Source of the DNA: Octopus sinensis | Taxonomy: Eukaryota | Direction: 5' to 3' | NCBI RefSeq assembly: GCF_006345805.1 | Contig: NC_043019.1 | Location: 29,821,360-29,885,359 of the forward strand | Length of the DNA stretch: 64,000 nucleotides | Part shown: in pieces, positions 24,452 through 39,150 of the stretch | Numbering within the stretch: position 1 is the stretch's first letter | Layout of the letters: each line of letters starts with the position of its first letter | The notes under the pieces: model-generated | What the model was told of the DNA's origin: nothing | What the model saw: the letters and a program-made list of their open reading frames with translations, nothing else | Databases searched by the model: none | Position numbers and translations under genes: made by a program

Positions 24452-26714
24452 TAGGCCTCGAAACCGGTTTTATATTATGATCAGTAAAACCGAAACCGAT
24501 TTGCCAAAACCGATTTTAAGGCTTGCTGTTTCGGATCTTTTCAAAAAAACATGTTTTATGTAACACATTCTACCAGTATACGAAGTTTAAAAGTGTTTAG
24601 TTACAAATAACTATTTTTTAAATGTGCCGGTCAAAGTGAAAAGATCTGCCGTTTCTTTTTTTTTTTTTTTTGCAAAACATTTCTCCATTTTTTACTTTTC
24701 AAGAAATATCGTTGAAACTGAACTAACTGAACTGTTGTCGGTCGCCTTTATTTGAGAGTGCTGTCTGTTTTATTGAAACATTTCGCAACATATCAATTCT
24801 CACCTTCTTTCCCCTTGAACCTTAGATCAGTACCTTGTCATCTCCTTCGCTAACCCCTGGCTGACTCTTTGAATTTGCAGGTAACTGAGTTTATTCATAG
24901 CAAGTCAAGGGGATGCTGTTAGTCGTCAGTCGGGTGACCTTTCCCGTTGAGCATATGTAATAACCAGTTCTAGATTCATTTCAAGGAAGTAACGCAAAAT
25001 TTTTTGATAAAAAAAGTGAAGAGAGCGCTAATAACAGACGATAGTGATCGCTAATAACAGACGATAATGATCGTCATAACAGAACGATAGTGATGATGAA
25101 GCTGACATAAGCCAACAAGACATAGTTTGTCAAACAGATTTGGCTCACGAAAATGCTTATTTTCCCCAGCTAAAACCTGAATTTAACAAAGTTTTAAATA
25201 AGGTAAGAAAAATTTCAAAACTTTTCCGTAAATCTCCTACAAAAAATGAAATTTTGCAAGATTTTGTACGAGCGAACTTTGATAACAGATAATATAAACT
25301 TATACTGGATTGCAGAACTCGGTGGAATAGCACATTCCATATGATTGAGAGATTTTTGAAATTGAAAAGCTACATTCCAAATGCTCTACGAGCAGAACTT
25401 TCCACAGATGCCGTCGCTAACGAAGAATGGAAATCTCTCAATTTACTATATGAAATTCTGCATTCAGTAGAAATTATTTTGAAGGCTATTTGCGCTGATG
25501 ATAGGGGTTTACTGAAAGCGGAATATTTTATAGAATTTTTATTGAATAAACTTAATATCGTCGGCAACCCTTTGGCTCTAAATCTTCGTGAAAGACTCAT
25601 GCATAGATATAAGAGAAGAAATGTCGAAACCTTGACTCTCTTGAGGTATTTACATAACCCAAGGAAATTTAAAGGTGAGTCAATTTCTGGACCTTTTCTA
25701 TTTTTTAACGAAACAACATTTAAGGAAGTATGCTAAACAAACATATAGGAGATTATTTCCTGAACATGATGCTGAGAACACAACAGAATTATACAAAGAA
25801 AATGAAATAGGAGGGAACCTAAAAACAAGTGTTACTGTTGTCCCATCTTCTTATGAAGGTAATCGACTCATTCGTGAATACACAAGCGCAATGAAGAAAA
25901 TGAATGAAGAGCCCAAGATGGTAACAGATGGATTTGAAATCTCTAAAGAATTAGGGTACTATTTAAGAAGAGTGATCCCGGTGCGCGCACGACTAGCTAG
26001 TCGTGAATAGTCCATCCTACAACGACTACCTAGCAAAGTAAATAAAACACAAAATAAATAATTTTTTGGCGATCTTTCGTCTCTAGTAGACCTTTCCGTC
26101 GATTTCCGTAACATTTTTTTTTTTTTTTTACATATGGGCTTGCAGGAACTTTTGAAGTAATATACATACATATACACATACACCGAGTAAAAAATTCCAG
26201 TTATCTCTTTCTTTCACACATTACTCTGTCTCTTCACACACACTAACAGAAGCACTTCACTTACACAACATACTGTCTGTCTCCCACACCTCATCAAACA
26301 CACACACATATACACACACACATGTACATCAATGCTTGCCATGCACGGTAACTTCAAAAGAACTTCCCTCGTCATACAATCGCTTTCTCTTAGTCTCTTT
26401 CGCTCTCATTACTTCAAAAGTTCCCGCAAGCCCATATGTAAAAAAAAATTTTTTTACGGAAATCGACGGAAAGGTCTACTAGAGACGAAAGATTGCCAAT
26501 TTTTTTACACAAAGTAAATAATTTTTTTTTAAAAACAAAGTAAATAAAACAGAAAAACGCAATGTAAGGATCGACTAGTCACGACCAGCCAGCGCAGATG
26601 CGCGAGTGAGCGCACCGGGACCACTCTTCTTAAGTAGCACCCACGAAAACCGGTTTTAAGAATTACTTATACTTGAACTCGGTTTTGGGAATCATCGGTT
26701 TTTTGCGAGCCCTA
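24452..26714 (+). mobile_element. hAT-superfamily DNA transposon, internally deleted, with transposase remnant
   Basis: 8-bp TSD GCATGGAT at 24444-24451 and 26715-26722. Termini are TAGGCCTCG... and ...CGAGCCCTA, with many subterminal AAACCG motifs. The remnant at about 25150-25960 reads KLILDCRTRWNSTFHMIERFLKLK (hAT TRWNS motif) and is frameshifted near 25700. Confidence 0.88.
24533..24647. mobile_element. 115-bp mini derivative of the GGATC MITE, nested in the hAT element
   Basis: Ends GGATCTTTTCA...TGAAAAGATCT; near-perfect 8-bp TSD GCTGTTTC / GCCGTTTC. Confidence 0.7.
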
Positions 26715-27506
26715 GCATGGATGGATTGATTTATTATACACCACAGAGCAGTTAAAACAATTCCAAATGGTACACTACTTCAGTCTTTATTGCATCAATT
26801 TGAAATTGTAGCCGAAGCTGATCTTTTTTTGTTCTTAATTCTCTTTTCTCTCTAGTTTCACTTTCTTTCTCTCTGCTTGTTGTCTATCTTTCTGCTCAAG
26901 TCACAGATCTTATTTGACGAAAAAAGCCAAGCAACTGATTGGCAAATGCTCACTCAACAGCGTATTGCAAACCCCTGGCCCACAAATGTGCTGTCTCCCC
27001 TCTCTGCTTGCTCTATCACTGTGACAATAGCCTCTGTTCCTCTGAACTAGCTAGTTGCATACCTATTTCTTTATTACCCACAAGGGGCTAAACATAGAAG
27101 GGACAAACAAGGACAGACAGGTATTAAGTCGATTCCATCGACCCCAGTGCGTAACTGGTACTTAATTTATCAACCCCGAAAGGATGAAAGGTAAAGTCGA
27201 CCTCGGCGGAATTTGAACTCAGAACGTAACGGTAGACAAAATACTGCTGAGCATTTCGCCCGGCGTGCTAACGATTCTGCTAGCTCGCCGTACCACCTCC
27301 ATTCCAATCTCCACTCTTCTTGTCATCCATAAATACGTTGGGCTTGTGGTATAACTGGTTAGCTGGAGTAATGAATGTTTACATTATCAAATGAGTCTTT
27401 TCATTATTCAGCAGCGTGCAGTTCCCCCCAAAATAATTAAAACTATCTAAGATTTTTTTTTGATAAGACCATTTATTTATGTATTACATTAAAATATTTA
27501 CTGTTG

Positions 27507-27953
27507 GGATCTTTTCAGTTTGAACGGCAGTTTTTAACATAATTTCTAAGTAACTAAAAAATTTGGCACTGTCATGCCTTTAGTTGTCAGAAGTGAAAGT
27601 AGAAAAATCTGGTAGAATGTGTTTATAAAACATCTTTTTCTCTTGGCTTTATTGAGAAAATTCTATAGTTTGTAAGATATTTGTTGCTTTTTTTTCTTCA
27701 ATTTCTGCAATTTCAACCAATCACTGACGTCTATTGAAGTAAAAAACATTCTGTGCCGTATGAATATGTCCCTCGTTTAAGAAACAGATTGGGTTTATTT
27801 ACATTTGTGAAGAAAAAAAGATACCCTCTCCCACCCCTAACCCTAACCTTAAAACAGATTGAAATGCAAAAGATCGATACTAGGGTCATAATTATGGGTG
27901 ACAATTTCATATGACACCGCTACAAAAAACTGCCGTTCAAAACGAAAAGATCC
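27507..27953. mobile_element. MITE with about 28-bp TIRs and 8-bp TSD (Merlin-like by inference)
   Basis: Ends GGATCTTTTCAGTTTGAACGGCAGTTTT ... AAAACTGCCGTTCAAAACGAAAAGATCC; TSD TACTGTTG on both sides. Confidence 0.85.
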
Positions 27954-30204
27954 TACTGTTGTACTTACTAGAGGCTGTTTTATTGTTGACTAGTAGAGAG
28001 ATAGGTATAAATGTGTTTTTTTTTATTAAGAATTCAACAGTTACTTATTCATGATGTGAGACATGGGAAAATTACATGTTCATGGCGAATGAATGATTTC
28101 TTTTAACCCTAGGCTAAGCAGTAACCAAGAAACTTGTCTTCTCACAGATCTCTTATGCTTCTGGTTTTATTGTAGCATGCAATTCAATTTAGAGCCAAGT
28201 TTTGGTAGGAAAAGATATGGAAAATTCCACTCAAAACCATGTGATTCAGTGATCACAGCTGTGATATGATCAATTGAGAATTAGACCAATATCACCTGAT
28301 GCGCTGTGGCCCACTTCTCGTTACTGAGGTTCTGATTCTAAGATTTATTACAAGCTCTACACTCAGAACTGTGACCTGTTCACCCAACTTAGCTCTTCAT
28401 AGACATTAACTTCCAAACATTTTTTAAACACCTATGCTTTTCCTGCAGACATTTACAGATGTCCAAACTAATTATAAAACACATCCATCTTCACTACAAC
28501 CTCAGAAAGATTTTCACTGACTTACATGTAGTTTGCAAAGTAAAGTTCTTAACCATATCGTCTCTTCCTCTTGAGTAAAACCGTTGAAGAAATAATCCAG
28601 TTGTAGCCATAAACAACATTACGACTTGAGCCACAAATCAAAGACGCACAATCCTTATTATGAGGTTTTTTAATCATTTAGTAAGAGCATACGTGACCAT
28701 CTCGAGAGTCTCAAAAAACGGCAAGTAGTCATCCTCAGATGAAGATCTGACCAAAATACTTGCAACAGAGTAGATTCTGTTACAGGAAACCAAAGACTAA
28801 GTGGGAATAGTGTTAAATTGGGCAACAAACTAAATCTGCCACTGAAGAATAGGTTTTTCCATGCAGTTTCTGTCTACCAAATTCCACCAATAAGGTTTTA
28901 TTCAACTTGAGGTTATGACAGAAGACATTATTTGCCCCAGGTGCCATGCAGTATGATTGAACCTGAAACCATGAAGTTGTGAAGCTGACTGCTTAATCAC
29001 ACAACCATGCATATGTCTGTTACCGATATCTCCACCTTTGTATCTTGTGGTTCTCTCAAGGTCCAACCAGCAGAATAGGTTTACTTGCAAACATCGACTT
29101 CTCTTGTTATTGTATCAATGCATCAACAAAAGTCTTATAAATATAATTTTGATACCAACAGGAAACAACCATATTTTCCAGCATACAAACAAATTTTTCA
29201 GACCAAAATTTGCAGATAAAATAAGCTGACCTATACACCAAGATGACTATAGATGACCAAAAATTTCATCTGAGTGTAAATCCAGACCAGCTCAACAAGG
29301 AACCTTCAGGCAAAGGGTTACAAAAAGAGGATAATTTGGATAATGTAGTTAGACAGTATATTAAACCTGAGAGAAGACAAAGTGGTTAGATGTGAAGCCT
29401 TAATCATAGCAGAATTGGGGCTAACTAGAGAATTTCTTGTGATCTGTTGACCTGTCAAAAATAGAAGCTTGTTCTCCCAGGAATATCTTACCTTCTTTGA
29501 AATGGGAAGGGCACTTTAGATAAGATAGTCCTTGATACAGAAAAAGACAGGGATGGTCGTAGCTGGAATGGCTTTGATTATAGATCTGCTTAATCATTGC
29601 TGACCTGTAGCTAATAACATATACAAAATCAACAAGAAGGAAACATTGAATAATGTAGTCTAAAATACATTCATCATCATCATCATTTAACGTCTGCTTT
29701 CCATGCTGGTATGGGTTGGCTGGTTTGACAGGAGATGGCTAGGTAGAAGATTGCATCAGGCTTTGCTGTCTGTTTTGGCATGGTTTTTTACAGCTGGATG
29801 CCTTTCATAACACCAAACACTCCACAGAGATAAAAGTGGACATTCCTTTATTCTATAACTTGTTTTAGTCATTTTGACTGCGGCCATGCTAGAGCACTAC
29901 CTTTTTAGTCGAGCAAATCGACCCCAGGACTTATTCTTTGCAAGCCTAGTACTTATTCTATTGGTCACTTTTGCTGAACCGCTAAGTTACGGGGGACGTA
30001 AACACACCAGCATCGGTTGTCAAGTGATGTTGGGGGGACAAACACATATACACACACATACGACGGGCTTCTTTGTGAATGAAAAAAATATATAAAGATG
30101 ATCACAGCTGGAACATTCTTGATCAAATGTCTCCGGGATCATGACTGACCTGGGGCTAAACAATAAGAGAAAGAATAACAAAAAAAGTATTTTTAGTTAA
30201 ATAA

Positions 30205-30210
30205 TTTATT
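30205..30210 (-). promoter_or_regulatory. Candidate MTG1 poly(A) signal
   Basis: AATAAA on the - strand about 300 nt after the stop, in a very AT-rich context, so a chance match is possible. Confidence 0.35.
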
Positions 30211-30510
30211 CAACAATAAAAATTTAAAAAATATCAACATAGTTTTTTTTTCTTTCTTCCCATGATTTTCTTCCTGAATTTCCACATGTCAGACAATCTG
30301 GAAACAGTACATTTTTTTTTCCTTTTTGCTTCGTAGTAAATTTACAAATTTCTATATTATTGGAAATAATTATATTTACAGTTGAATGTCTCTTTTTACA
30401 GCTAACTATTCAGCTGTGAACAATAAATATAACCTATTGTTAGCCAGCAAGGCAGAGAAAAGAAAGGTTGTATATACAGGGAAGTATAAAACGATATTTT
30501 ACAGCAAGCA

Positions 30511-30635
30511 TTATGCTTTATGTAAATGCTTCATTTTATTACTGTCAAGCATAACTGGACCAAGCTCTCCGGCTCGAAATTTCTTTAAGACAAGTGCAGC
30601 TGCTGCAGTGAAGTCAGGCTTGTATACTGTACGAC
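30511..30635 (-). CDS. MTG1: MTG1 exon 10 (terminal, 125 nt to stop)
   Basis: ccctttccag|[40 protein letters not shown]. Confidence 0.93.
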
Positions 30636-31737
30636 CTGGAAAGGGAAGAAAAATTACATGGAATCAATTATTTAAAATGTTTCAGAAATATAAACATTAA
30701 TATTTTGCATCCTTTTCAGAAAAGACAAAGAGGAAAACAGAAAAGAAGAAGGCTGGCAAATGATGTATCATCTAGATCCAGTCAGTGTTTCTACATGCTG
30801 AAGTAAGTGCTTATAAAATCTGATATTATTCCACATTATAGCTTGTCCACATCACTCTGCAAGGAGCAAACGGCAAGTTTCTTAGTTTTTCTGGTGTATA
30901 TATTATTCCCTAGATGGGACACCGGTCTGGGACAGGATTTACTCTTTCACTTGCTTCAGTCATTTGACTGTGGCCGTGCTGGAGCACCGCCTTTAGTCGA
31001 GCAACTGGACCCCAGGACTTATTCTTTGTAAGCCTAGTACTTATTCTATCGGTCTCTTTTGCCGAATCACTAAGTTATAGGGATGTAAACATACCAGCAT
31101 TGGTTGGCAAGCAATGTTTACTCCTTTTTACCAGCTGAGTGGACTGGAGCAATGTGAAATGAAGTGTTTTGCTCAAAGAAACAATGCATCACCCGGTCCA
31201 GGAACTGAAACTGCAATCTTATGATCATGAGTCTAACAACCTAACCACTAAGCCACATGCCTCCACACTATCCACATTATAATCTTAGGCAATTAAATGA
31301 TATAATGATAACGATTTCAAATTAGAGACATCTTAAATTTGATAGTCACCTTGTGAAGGATCTAGAGAAGTAACCCGTGCTATTTTGTTGTTCTTCAAGG
31401 CCACATGATTTAGGAACTCCAGGACATCATCCAAAGGTTCTTTCAATTCAAACACTGATACGTAGCTGAAAAAATAAAGATAAAACACCAGGTATTCCTG
31501 TGTTAGTGGTTTGTAGAGTAGAATTTAATGGTTTGGTTAAAAGGAAGAGCAGAACTAGAAGTTTGTTCGATCTGTTTCTTTACAGGGATTTTAAGGCTTG
31601 AGGATAGGGAAGAAAGAAGGCAGAAATCATAACTCGGGGGTTACAACAATGTGCATGTGAGTGTGTATGTATACGTGTGTGTGCATGCACACACACACAC
31701 ATATTATATATATATATATATTTATATATAGACACAT

Positions 31738-31768
<31 letters not shown>

Positions 31769-32784
31769 CATACACATATACATATATATAATAATATAAA
31801 TAATATATAAATATATGCATATATACACACATATACGTACATACCTACATATATATGTATATATATGGGTACAGGGCATCAAAAAAATGTTGAACACAAT
31901 GAGAAACAAAAACGTAAAAATAAAAACATAGAAACGAACTTTTTTTTTGAGCAACGAAAAAAACAGAGAAATGAGACATACAACATAACGAATATTCACC
32001 TTCTTCAGTTGTCCCTGTTTCATCTACTCTGCGTTTCGAAGGTAAGGACAAGACGCGACTTCGTTGAAACAGTCCTTCCCACAAAGCAAATTAAATCAAA
32101 TATATATGCATATATACATACATATACATGTGTGTGTGAAGGAGCAGGTGTGACTATAGATGTTTAGATGTTGTTTGGTTAAGAAGCTTGCTTCCTAGTC
32201 ATGGGGTTTTGAGTTCAGTCCCGCTGTGCAGTATCTTGGACAAATGTCTTTTACTTTAGCCTCAAGGTGACCAAAGACTTGTGACTTTGGCAGATGGAAA
32301 CTGAAAGAACCCAGTTGTGTGTGTGAGTGCGCATATCATTATTGTGACATCACATGAGGATTGTAAATGAATGCCTATGTCAAGCATGTTGCTGTCAGTG
32401 TTCTTTGCTTTAAATCTTCTGCGGAAAATGTTAGACCATAGGGAAATATTACTTTGCTTGGAAACAGGTGAAGGGTGGCATCTGCTTGGAAACAGGTGAA
32501 AGGGCATCTGGTGGTAGAAAATCTGCTTCAACAAATTCTGTTTAATCCATGCAAGTATGAAAAAGGGGTCATTAAATGATGAAATGACAATTTGTTATAT
32601 ATATATATATATAGGCGCAGGAGTGGCTGTGTGGTAAGTAGCTTGTTTACCAACCACATGGTTCCAGGTTCAGTCCCACTGCGTGGCACCTTGGGCAAGT
32701 GTCTTCTACTATAGCCTCGGGCCGACCAAAGCCTTGTGAGTGGATTTGGTAGACGGAAACTGAAAGAAGCCTGTCGTATATATG

Positions 32785-32815
<31 letters not shown>

Positions 32816-35800
32816 TTGTCCCCCTAGCATTGCTTGACAACCGATGCTGGTGTGTTTATGTCCCCGTTACTTAGCGGTTCGGCAAAAGAGATTGATAGAA
32901 TAAGTACTGGGCTTACAAAAGAATAAGTCCCGGGGTCGAGTTGCTCGATTAAATGTGGTGCTTCAGCATGGCCGCAGTCAGATGACTGAAACAAGTATTA
33001 TTAGATGTATTCTATATCTATTATCTTTTATTTGTTTCAGTCATTAGACTGTGGCCATGCTGGGGCACTGCTTTGAAGAATTTTAGTCGAATGAATCAAT
33101 CCCAGTACTTATTATTTTTTTGTAAAGCTTGGTACTTCTTCAATCAGTCTCTTTTGTTGAACCACTAGGTTACAGGGACATAAACACACCAACACTTGTT
33201 GCCAAGTGGTAATGGGGGACAAACACATACACAAACACACACACACACACACACACAATGGGCTACTTTCAGTTTCTGTCAACCAAATCTGCTCACAAAG
33301 CTTTGGTTGGCCCAAGGTGCCAACCAGTGGGACTGAACTTGGAACCATGTGGTTGGGAAGCAAACTTCTTACCACACAGCCATGCCTGCATCTATGTATA
33401 TGTATATAATGTACATATACATCACATGTATAAAAAGAAACATAACCATCACTTGCTACATGTACGACCTGGTAACATGCACCATGCTTTTGTTAATTGC
33501 TTTTTTGGCACTGATATAGTCACAAACAGGCATAGATATCTTCTTGAACATTCTCCTCCTTGACTCAACAGAAAAATGGGCATACGACAGCTGGAGGAAG
33601 AAAGGGCTACATAAGTATGGGGATGGCACTCATGTCAGATGTATGTGAGTGGGAACATGGTTGAATAAAACAACTCCAGTACTTCATGGAGGACTAGTTT
33701 TTTATCCACTTCTTGGAATGAAGAAAAGCAAGAAAGACAAAGTTGCCCCTTTTGGCATTGGAATTTAGACTATAATAAGGCATGAATTAATTATCATTAT
33801 TAACATCTGAAAGGATTTTGGAATTAAATAAACAGGGGAATTTACCGAAAATTGTTGTGCTTGTTGAACCAGTAGAGTAAAAAGTCGACAATCACGTCTT
33901 CTCCAACCAGATGGTCTTGAAGACAAGCTGTAAAGACATCATAATGTAGAAATGATAATATGTTGTAGCTGTGGGTATGCATGTATTTATGTGTATGAGG
34001 GAGAAAAGCAGGAAAGTGGGAAATAGAGAGAAAAACACAAGAAAGAAGGAAATAGAGAGAGAAAGAAAAGCAGAAAAGTGGGAAAGAGTGAGAGAGGTCG
34101 ACTTATACACCAAGATGTGTTTGTAGGACCAAAAGTTCCATGTAAAATGCACCAGGATTTGGAGAGACAGTGATGATGTTTGAATGTTTACACTATATTC
34201 TATGTTGGCTTGTATACCAGAAAACACTGTATGAATGTATGTATGAGTCAATGAAGGAAACTTTGTATGATCACTAGACCTGTTACAAATAGCAGATAAA
34301 TTTCTTTCAAACTGAAGTTGTTTTATATATGTGCATACCATATTTTCTAGCCTATAAGTCCAATTTTTCAAACCAAAACTTAAAGCCCCCACAAAAAAAG
34401 GTAGATTGATTTATATACCAGGACGACTTTGGAGGACCAAAAATTCCATGTGAAATGAAGGAGGATTTGGAAAGATAATAATGTTGTTTGAGTGTTTACA
34501 CTACATGTTTCACAATGTACTACATTGACTTCTATGCTGGGAAACACTGTAGTATGTTGGCAGCAGTAATGGTGACAGTGTACATTACAGCTGGCACTGT
34601 GCGGTAGTATAATAGTATGTTGATAATGACGATGGCAGTAGTGTACTGTATAGATGATATATATTGTTGGGATAGTAGATTGGCAGTATATCGTGGTGAT
34701 TGTAGTATGTTGTTGCTAATGGTATATTATATAGTTGGTGTCCTATGATGGTATGTTGTTGTATGGGGTATAGTATGTTGCTGTATTCAAGGCAACGAGC
34801 TGGCAGAATCGTTAGCACGCCGAGTGAAATGCTTACGGTATTTCGTCTGTCGCTACGTTCTAAGTTCAAATTCCGCCGAAGTTGACTTCGCCTTTCATCC
34901 TTTCGGGGTCGATAAATTAGTACCAGTTATGCACTGGGGTCGATATAATCGACTTAATCCGTTTGTCTGTCCTTGTTTGTCCTCTCTACGTTTGGCCCCT
35001 TGTGGGTAGTAAAGAAATAGGTATGTTGCTGTATTGGGTAAAACAGAATTGCAATATTAAAATTAGTTGTTAGTTGCAGGCAGTGAGCTGGCAGAATTGT
35101 TAGCATACTGGGTAAAGTGCTTAGGTTCCCTTGTTAGCTCATTGCTGACCTACCATGGTGGTATGTTGTAGTGGTGGTGGTACTTACCGCAAAGAGCTAA
35201 CTTCATCCCAACATCAACGTTCTTCACTTCTGGTGCTAATACTCCTGGAGTGTCATAGACATAAATTTTTGGGTCAGCTGATACCTGGGGTAAAACAGAA
35301 TTGCAATATTAAAAGTAGTTGGCAGAATTGTTAGCATGCTGGGTGAAATGCTTAGCAAAGGTTGACTTTATCTTTCTTCCTTTAGGGTTGATAAAATAAA
35401 TACCAGTTGAGTACTGGGGTTGATGTAAATGACTTAGCCCTGCCCCCAAAATTGCTGGCCTTGTGCCAAAATTTGAAATCAATATTAAAAATAGTGGTAT
35501 CTAGGCTAAGACAGAATTGTAATACTAAAAATATTGATTTTGTTGTTTCTTAGTCCTAAGTTAATCTTGATCAAATAGTCCTGTGTCAACATTACCCAAA
35601 TGATGTCAATGTGAAAGTTTGAGAAAACAAACACACACACACACATATATATGACAGGCTTCAGTACAGTTTCTGTCCATCGAATTTAAATCATAAAGCA
35701 TTGGCTAACCTAAAGCTATAGTTGAAGGCTATAGTGTTGTAACATTTTGTTGTCTAAAGCAAGAATTGTTCTCCATGGCAGGGCCACAGTGAGAAGCCTT

Positions 35801-36454
35801 CACAAGTTCAAATATGTCCCTAACACACTTGAGCTGATTGAAAGTTTGTTTATTTTCTATCACTGCTTCATGCACCTACTCCCACCACACACACAAGACA
35901 GACTTCTAGTTTTCTACCAAATCCACTCAAGGTTTTTGGTTGGTGTATCCAAGGTTGTTTGTGCAGTGGGACTGAACTTGAAATCATATGATTAGAAAGT
36001 GAACTTAGTTACGTAGCCATACCACTTGCTTCCCAACGACATGGTTCTGGGTTCAGTTCTACTTGGGCAAGTGTCTTCAACTATAGCCTTAGTCTGACCA
36101 AAGCCCTGTGAGTGGATTTGGCAGATGGAAACTGAAAGAAGCCTGTTGTATATGTCTTATATATATATATATCTATGTGTATGTATCTTTGTGTCTGTCC
36201 CCCAACACCATTTGACAACTGGTGTTGGTGTATTTATTACATCCCCATAACTTAGTAGTTTGGCAAAAGAGATTGATGAAATAAGTACCAGGCCTAAAAA
36301 AGAAATACTGGGGTTGATTCATTTGACTGAAAATTCTTTAAGGTGGTGCCCCAGCATGGCCGCAGTCTCATGGCTGAAACAAGTAAAAGATAACAGATAC
36401 ATCATCATCATTCAATGTTCATGTTCCCTGCCAGCATGGGCAGATGGGTTGGAC

Positions 36455-36495
<41 letters not shown>

Positions 36496-38141
36496 GTAAA
36501 AAACCCCCTTCGGTCATGAGTGACCATGGGATTGCACCTAGGAAGTTACCCTCCAACATAGAAGTCTGGGCAAGGATGTTTATGGAAGACCAGCAGTTGC
36601 CCATGTATACCAGCCCCCACCCCCACCGCTACTCCACACCACTGACATTATCCAAGAGAAAGGCAAAGGCTAAGATAGCTTGGCACCAGAGATGTTGCAA
36701 CACATTTCTACAGTTGAGTGAACTGAAGCAACATGAAATAAAGTGTCTTGCTCAAGAACACAATACATAGCCCAGTCCAAGAATTGAACTCACTACCTCA
36801 TGACTGTTAGCCTGACACTTTACATATATAGCACTTTCAGTTTCTGTCTACCATATTCATTCATAAGGCTTTGTTTGGCCTGAAAAATAGCTATGATTTT
36901 ATCACAGCCATGTTTTGCTCCTTAAAGGCTTTATTATAAGAACAAAAAAAAGTTACCTTAATTTTCTCCAACACAGATCTTGTAATACCTGCCCTTGCCC
37001 CTACAGGAGTGGCTTTACCTGCATGGAAAAAAAAAAAGGAATAAAATTAACATTTATATACAGTATCTTCTTTTTCCCATAATGACATCAGATTCGGGGA
37101 ACAAAGTAATTTAAATATCTTTCAAATAACAGGTTAATCTGTGGAAACAATAAATCAAAAGAATCAGGTATGAATGCCAGCGATGTCTGGGCTATCAAAG
37201 ATGTGTGGAATGAAAACTTAGAAGTTGGAATTGGCATCAGGAAGGGCAGCTAGCTGTGTAAAAACAATGGTTCAACAATATGTATTGGGTTGTCCGGAAA
37301 GTACGTGCCGATTTTTAAAGGAAAGTAAAAGGTTAATAAATACTTGCCATTACATTTTTAATCAACCAAATATGAACCATTTTGTTGCACAATGCATCTC
37401 CATCTTTCCTTTAACTTGAAAATACCCTCTTCCCAGAATTGAAGAATTCGTCAAGGTATCTTTTTACGTCATCCAAGGAATTGAAATTTTTACCACTAAG
37501 ACTATTCTGCAGAGACCTGAATAAGTGGAAATCTGAAGGAGCAATATCTGGTGAATATGGAGGGTGGAGTAACACATCTCAGCCGAGCTGCAGCAATTTT
37601 TGTCTGGTTCCCAAAGCATCAACTGCTGAAAATGAACCTTCTTATCTTCCATTTTAAAGGGTTACAGAATTAACACAGGATATAGGAACATAAACCTTCT
37701 TCCACGAAAAGATAGCTTAAACTGTTCTCTAAATGGAGGTGTAGTCAAATTTTTCCTATTTTATGGACTCAACCATGTTCTAAAATAAGTCGAAAGGTAA
37801 GCTACTATAAATCAGCACGAACTTTCCGGACAACCCAATATTTGTCTAATACATGAAAGCAGGGAAAAATGATGTAAAAACAATTGAATACACAGATACG
37901 GACACACTCACACACCATCCTCATTATCCATATCCCATGTTGGAACAGGTTGGATGGTTTGACAGGATCTGATGAATCTAAGGACTGCATTGACCTCTGA
38001 TGTCTATTTTGGCATGGATTTTATAACTAGGTGCCCTTCCTAACACCAACCATTTTATAGTGAGGACTGGGTCCTTTTTATGTGTCACCTGCACTGTTGA
38101 GGTGCCTATGTATACATACATACACATGTGTGTGTATGTGA

Positions 38142-38182
<41 letters not shown>

Positions 38183-38385
38183 GAAATGAGGAAAATGCTG
38201 ACTAAATAATTTAAGTAAGGGAAAGTGTATTTAATTAGGTGAAAGTTCTTTTTACCAGTTGCGCATTTGTTATGCTTATCAAAAGATATTTTTTAAAGAG
38301 AGATAGAGTTCCTTTCTGCTAGATTTTTTTCTCTTAGTGTATGTATATGTGTGTACATATTTATCCATATGTGTATGTGCGTGTG

Positions 38386-38435
<50 letters not shown>

Positions 38436-38888
38436 GCACATATATATATATATGTCATTGTTTTAACATTTACTTTTCCATTCCTGCATGGGTCAGATGA
38501 GATTTGTTGAGGCAAATTTTCTATAGCAAGACACTCTTCTTTTTGTCAACCAAAGTTATATATCTCCTAGTCTGGACATCACCACTTGTATGATGGTGAA
38601 GTTTGTTTACAATTAGTGCTCGATGACAACAAAAGAACACACACACACACACACACACGGCAGGCTTCTTTGTTAGTTTCCATCTGGCAGATTCACTCAT
38701 GACATTTTAGTCAGTCTGGTAGGCTGTAGTAGAAGATACTTGCCCAAGGTGCTGTGCAGTGGGACTGAACCTGAAACTATGTGGTCACAAACTGAAGGTC
38801 TTGACAGCCATGCCTTCGTTTATCTATCTATCTATTTATTTATCTATATGTGTATGTATATGTGTGTACATATTTATCCATATGTGTA

Positions 38889-38926
<38 letters not shown>

Positions 38927-39117
38927 CATGCACATACATTATACGGATGTATGTATATATATGTATGCATATATATATGTATATATATTTATGCATATAT
39001 ATATGCATATGCATGCATACATATATATTTATATGTATATATGTATGCAGGCAATATACATGTACTTGTATGCATATACATTGCATGTGTGTATACATAT
39101 ACACACACATGTATATA

Positions 39118-39150
<33 letters not shown>

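Noticed and set aside
25341-26010. 131-aa and 111-aa ORFs as a host gene
   Set aside because: Frameshifted hAT transposase remnants within TSD-bounded termini, lacking the N-terminal and dimerisation regions.
28526-28620. Possible first exon MLFMATTGLFLQRFYSRG... with a gtaagt donor
   Set aside because: No recognisable protein and no compatible downstream exon. The surrounding sequence has multiple stops and may be an old LINE remnant.
32528-32830. Recurrent ORFs MLGGQTQTH...[34 protein letters not shown]
   Set aside because: Antisense translation of the dominant SINE, repeated at every copy; not a gene family.
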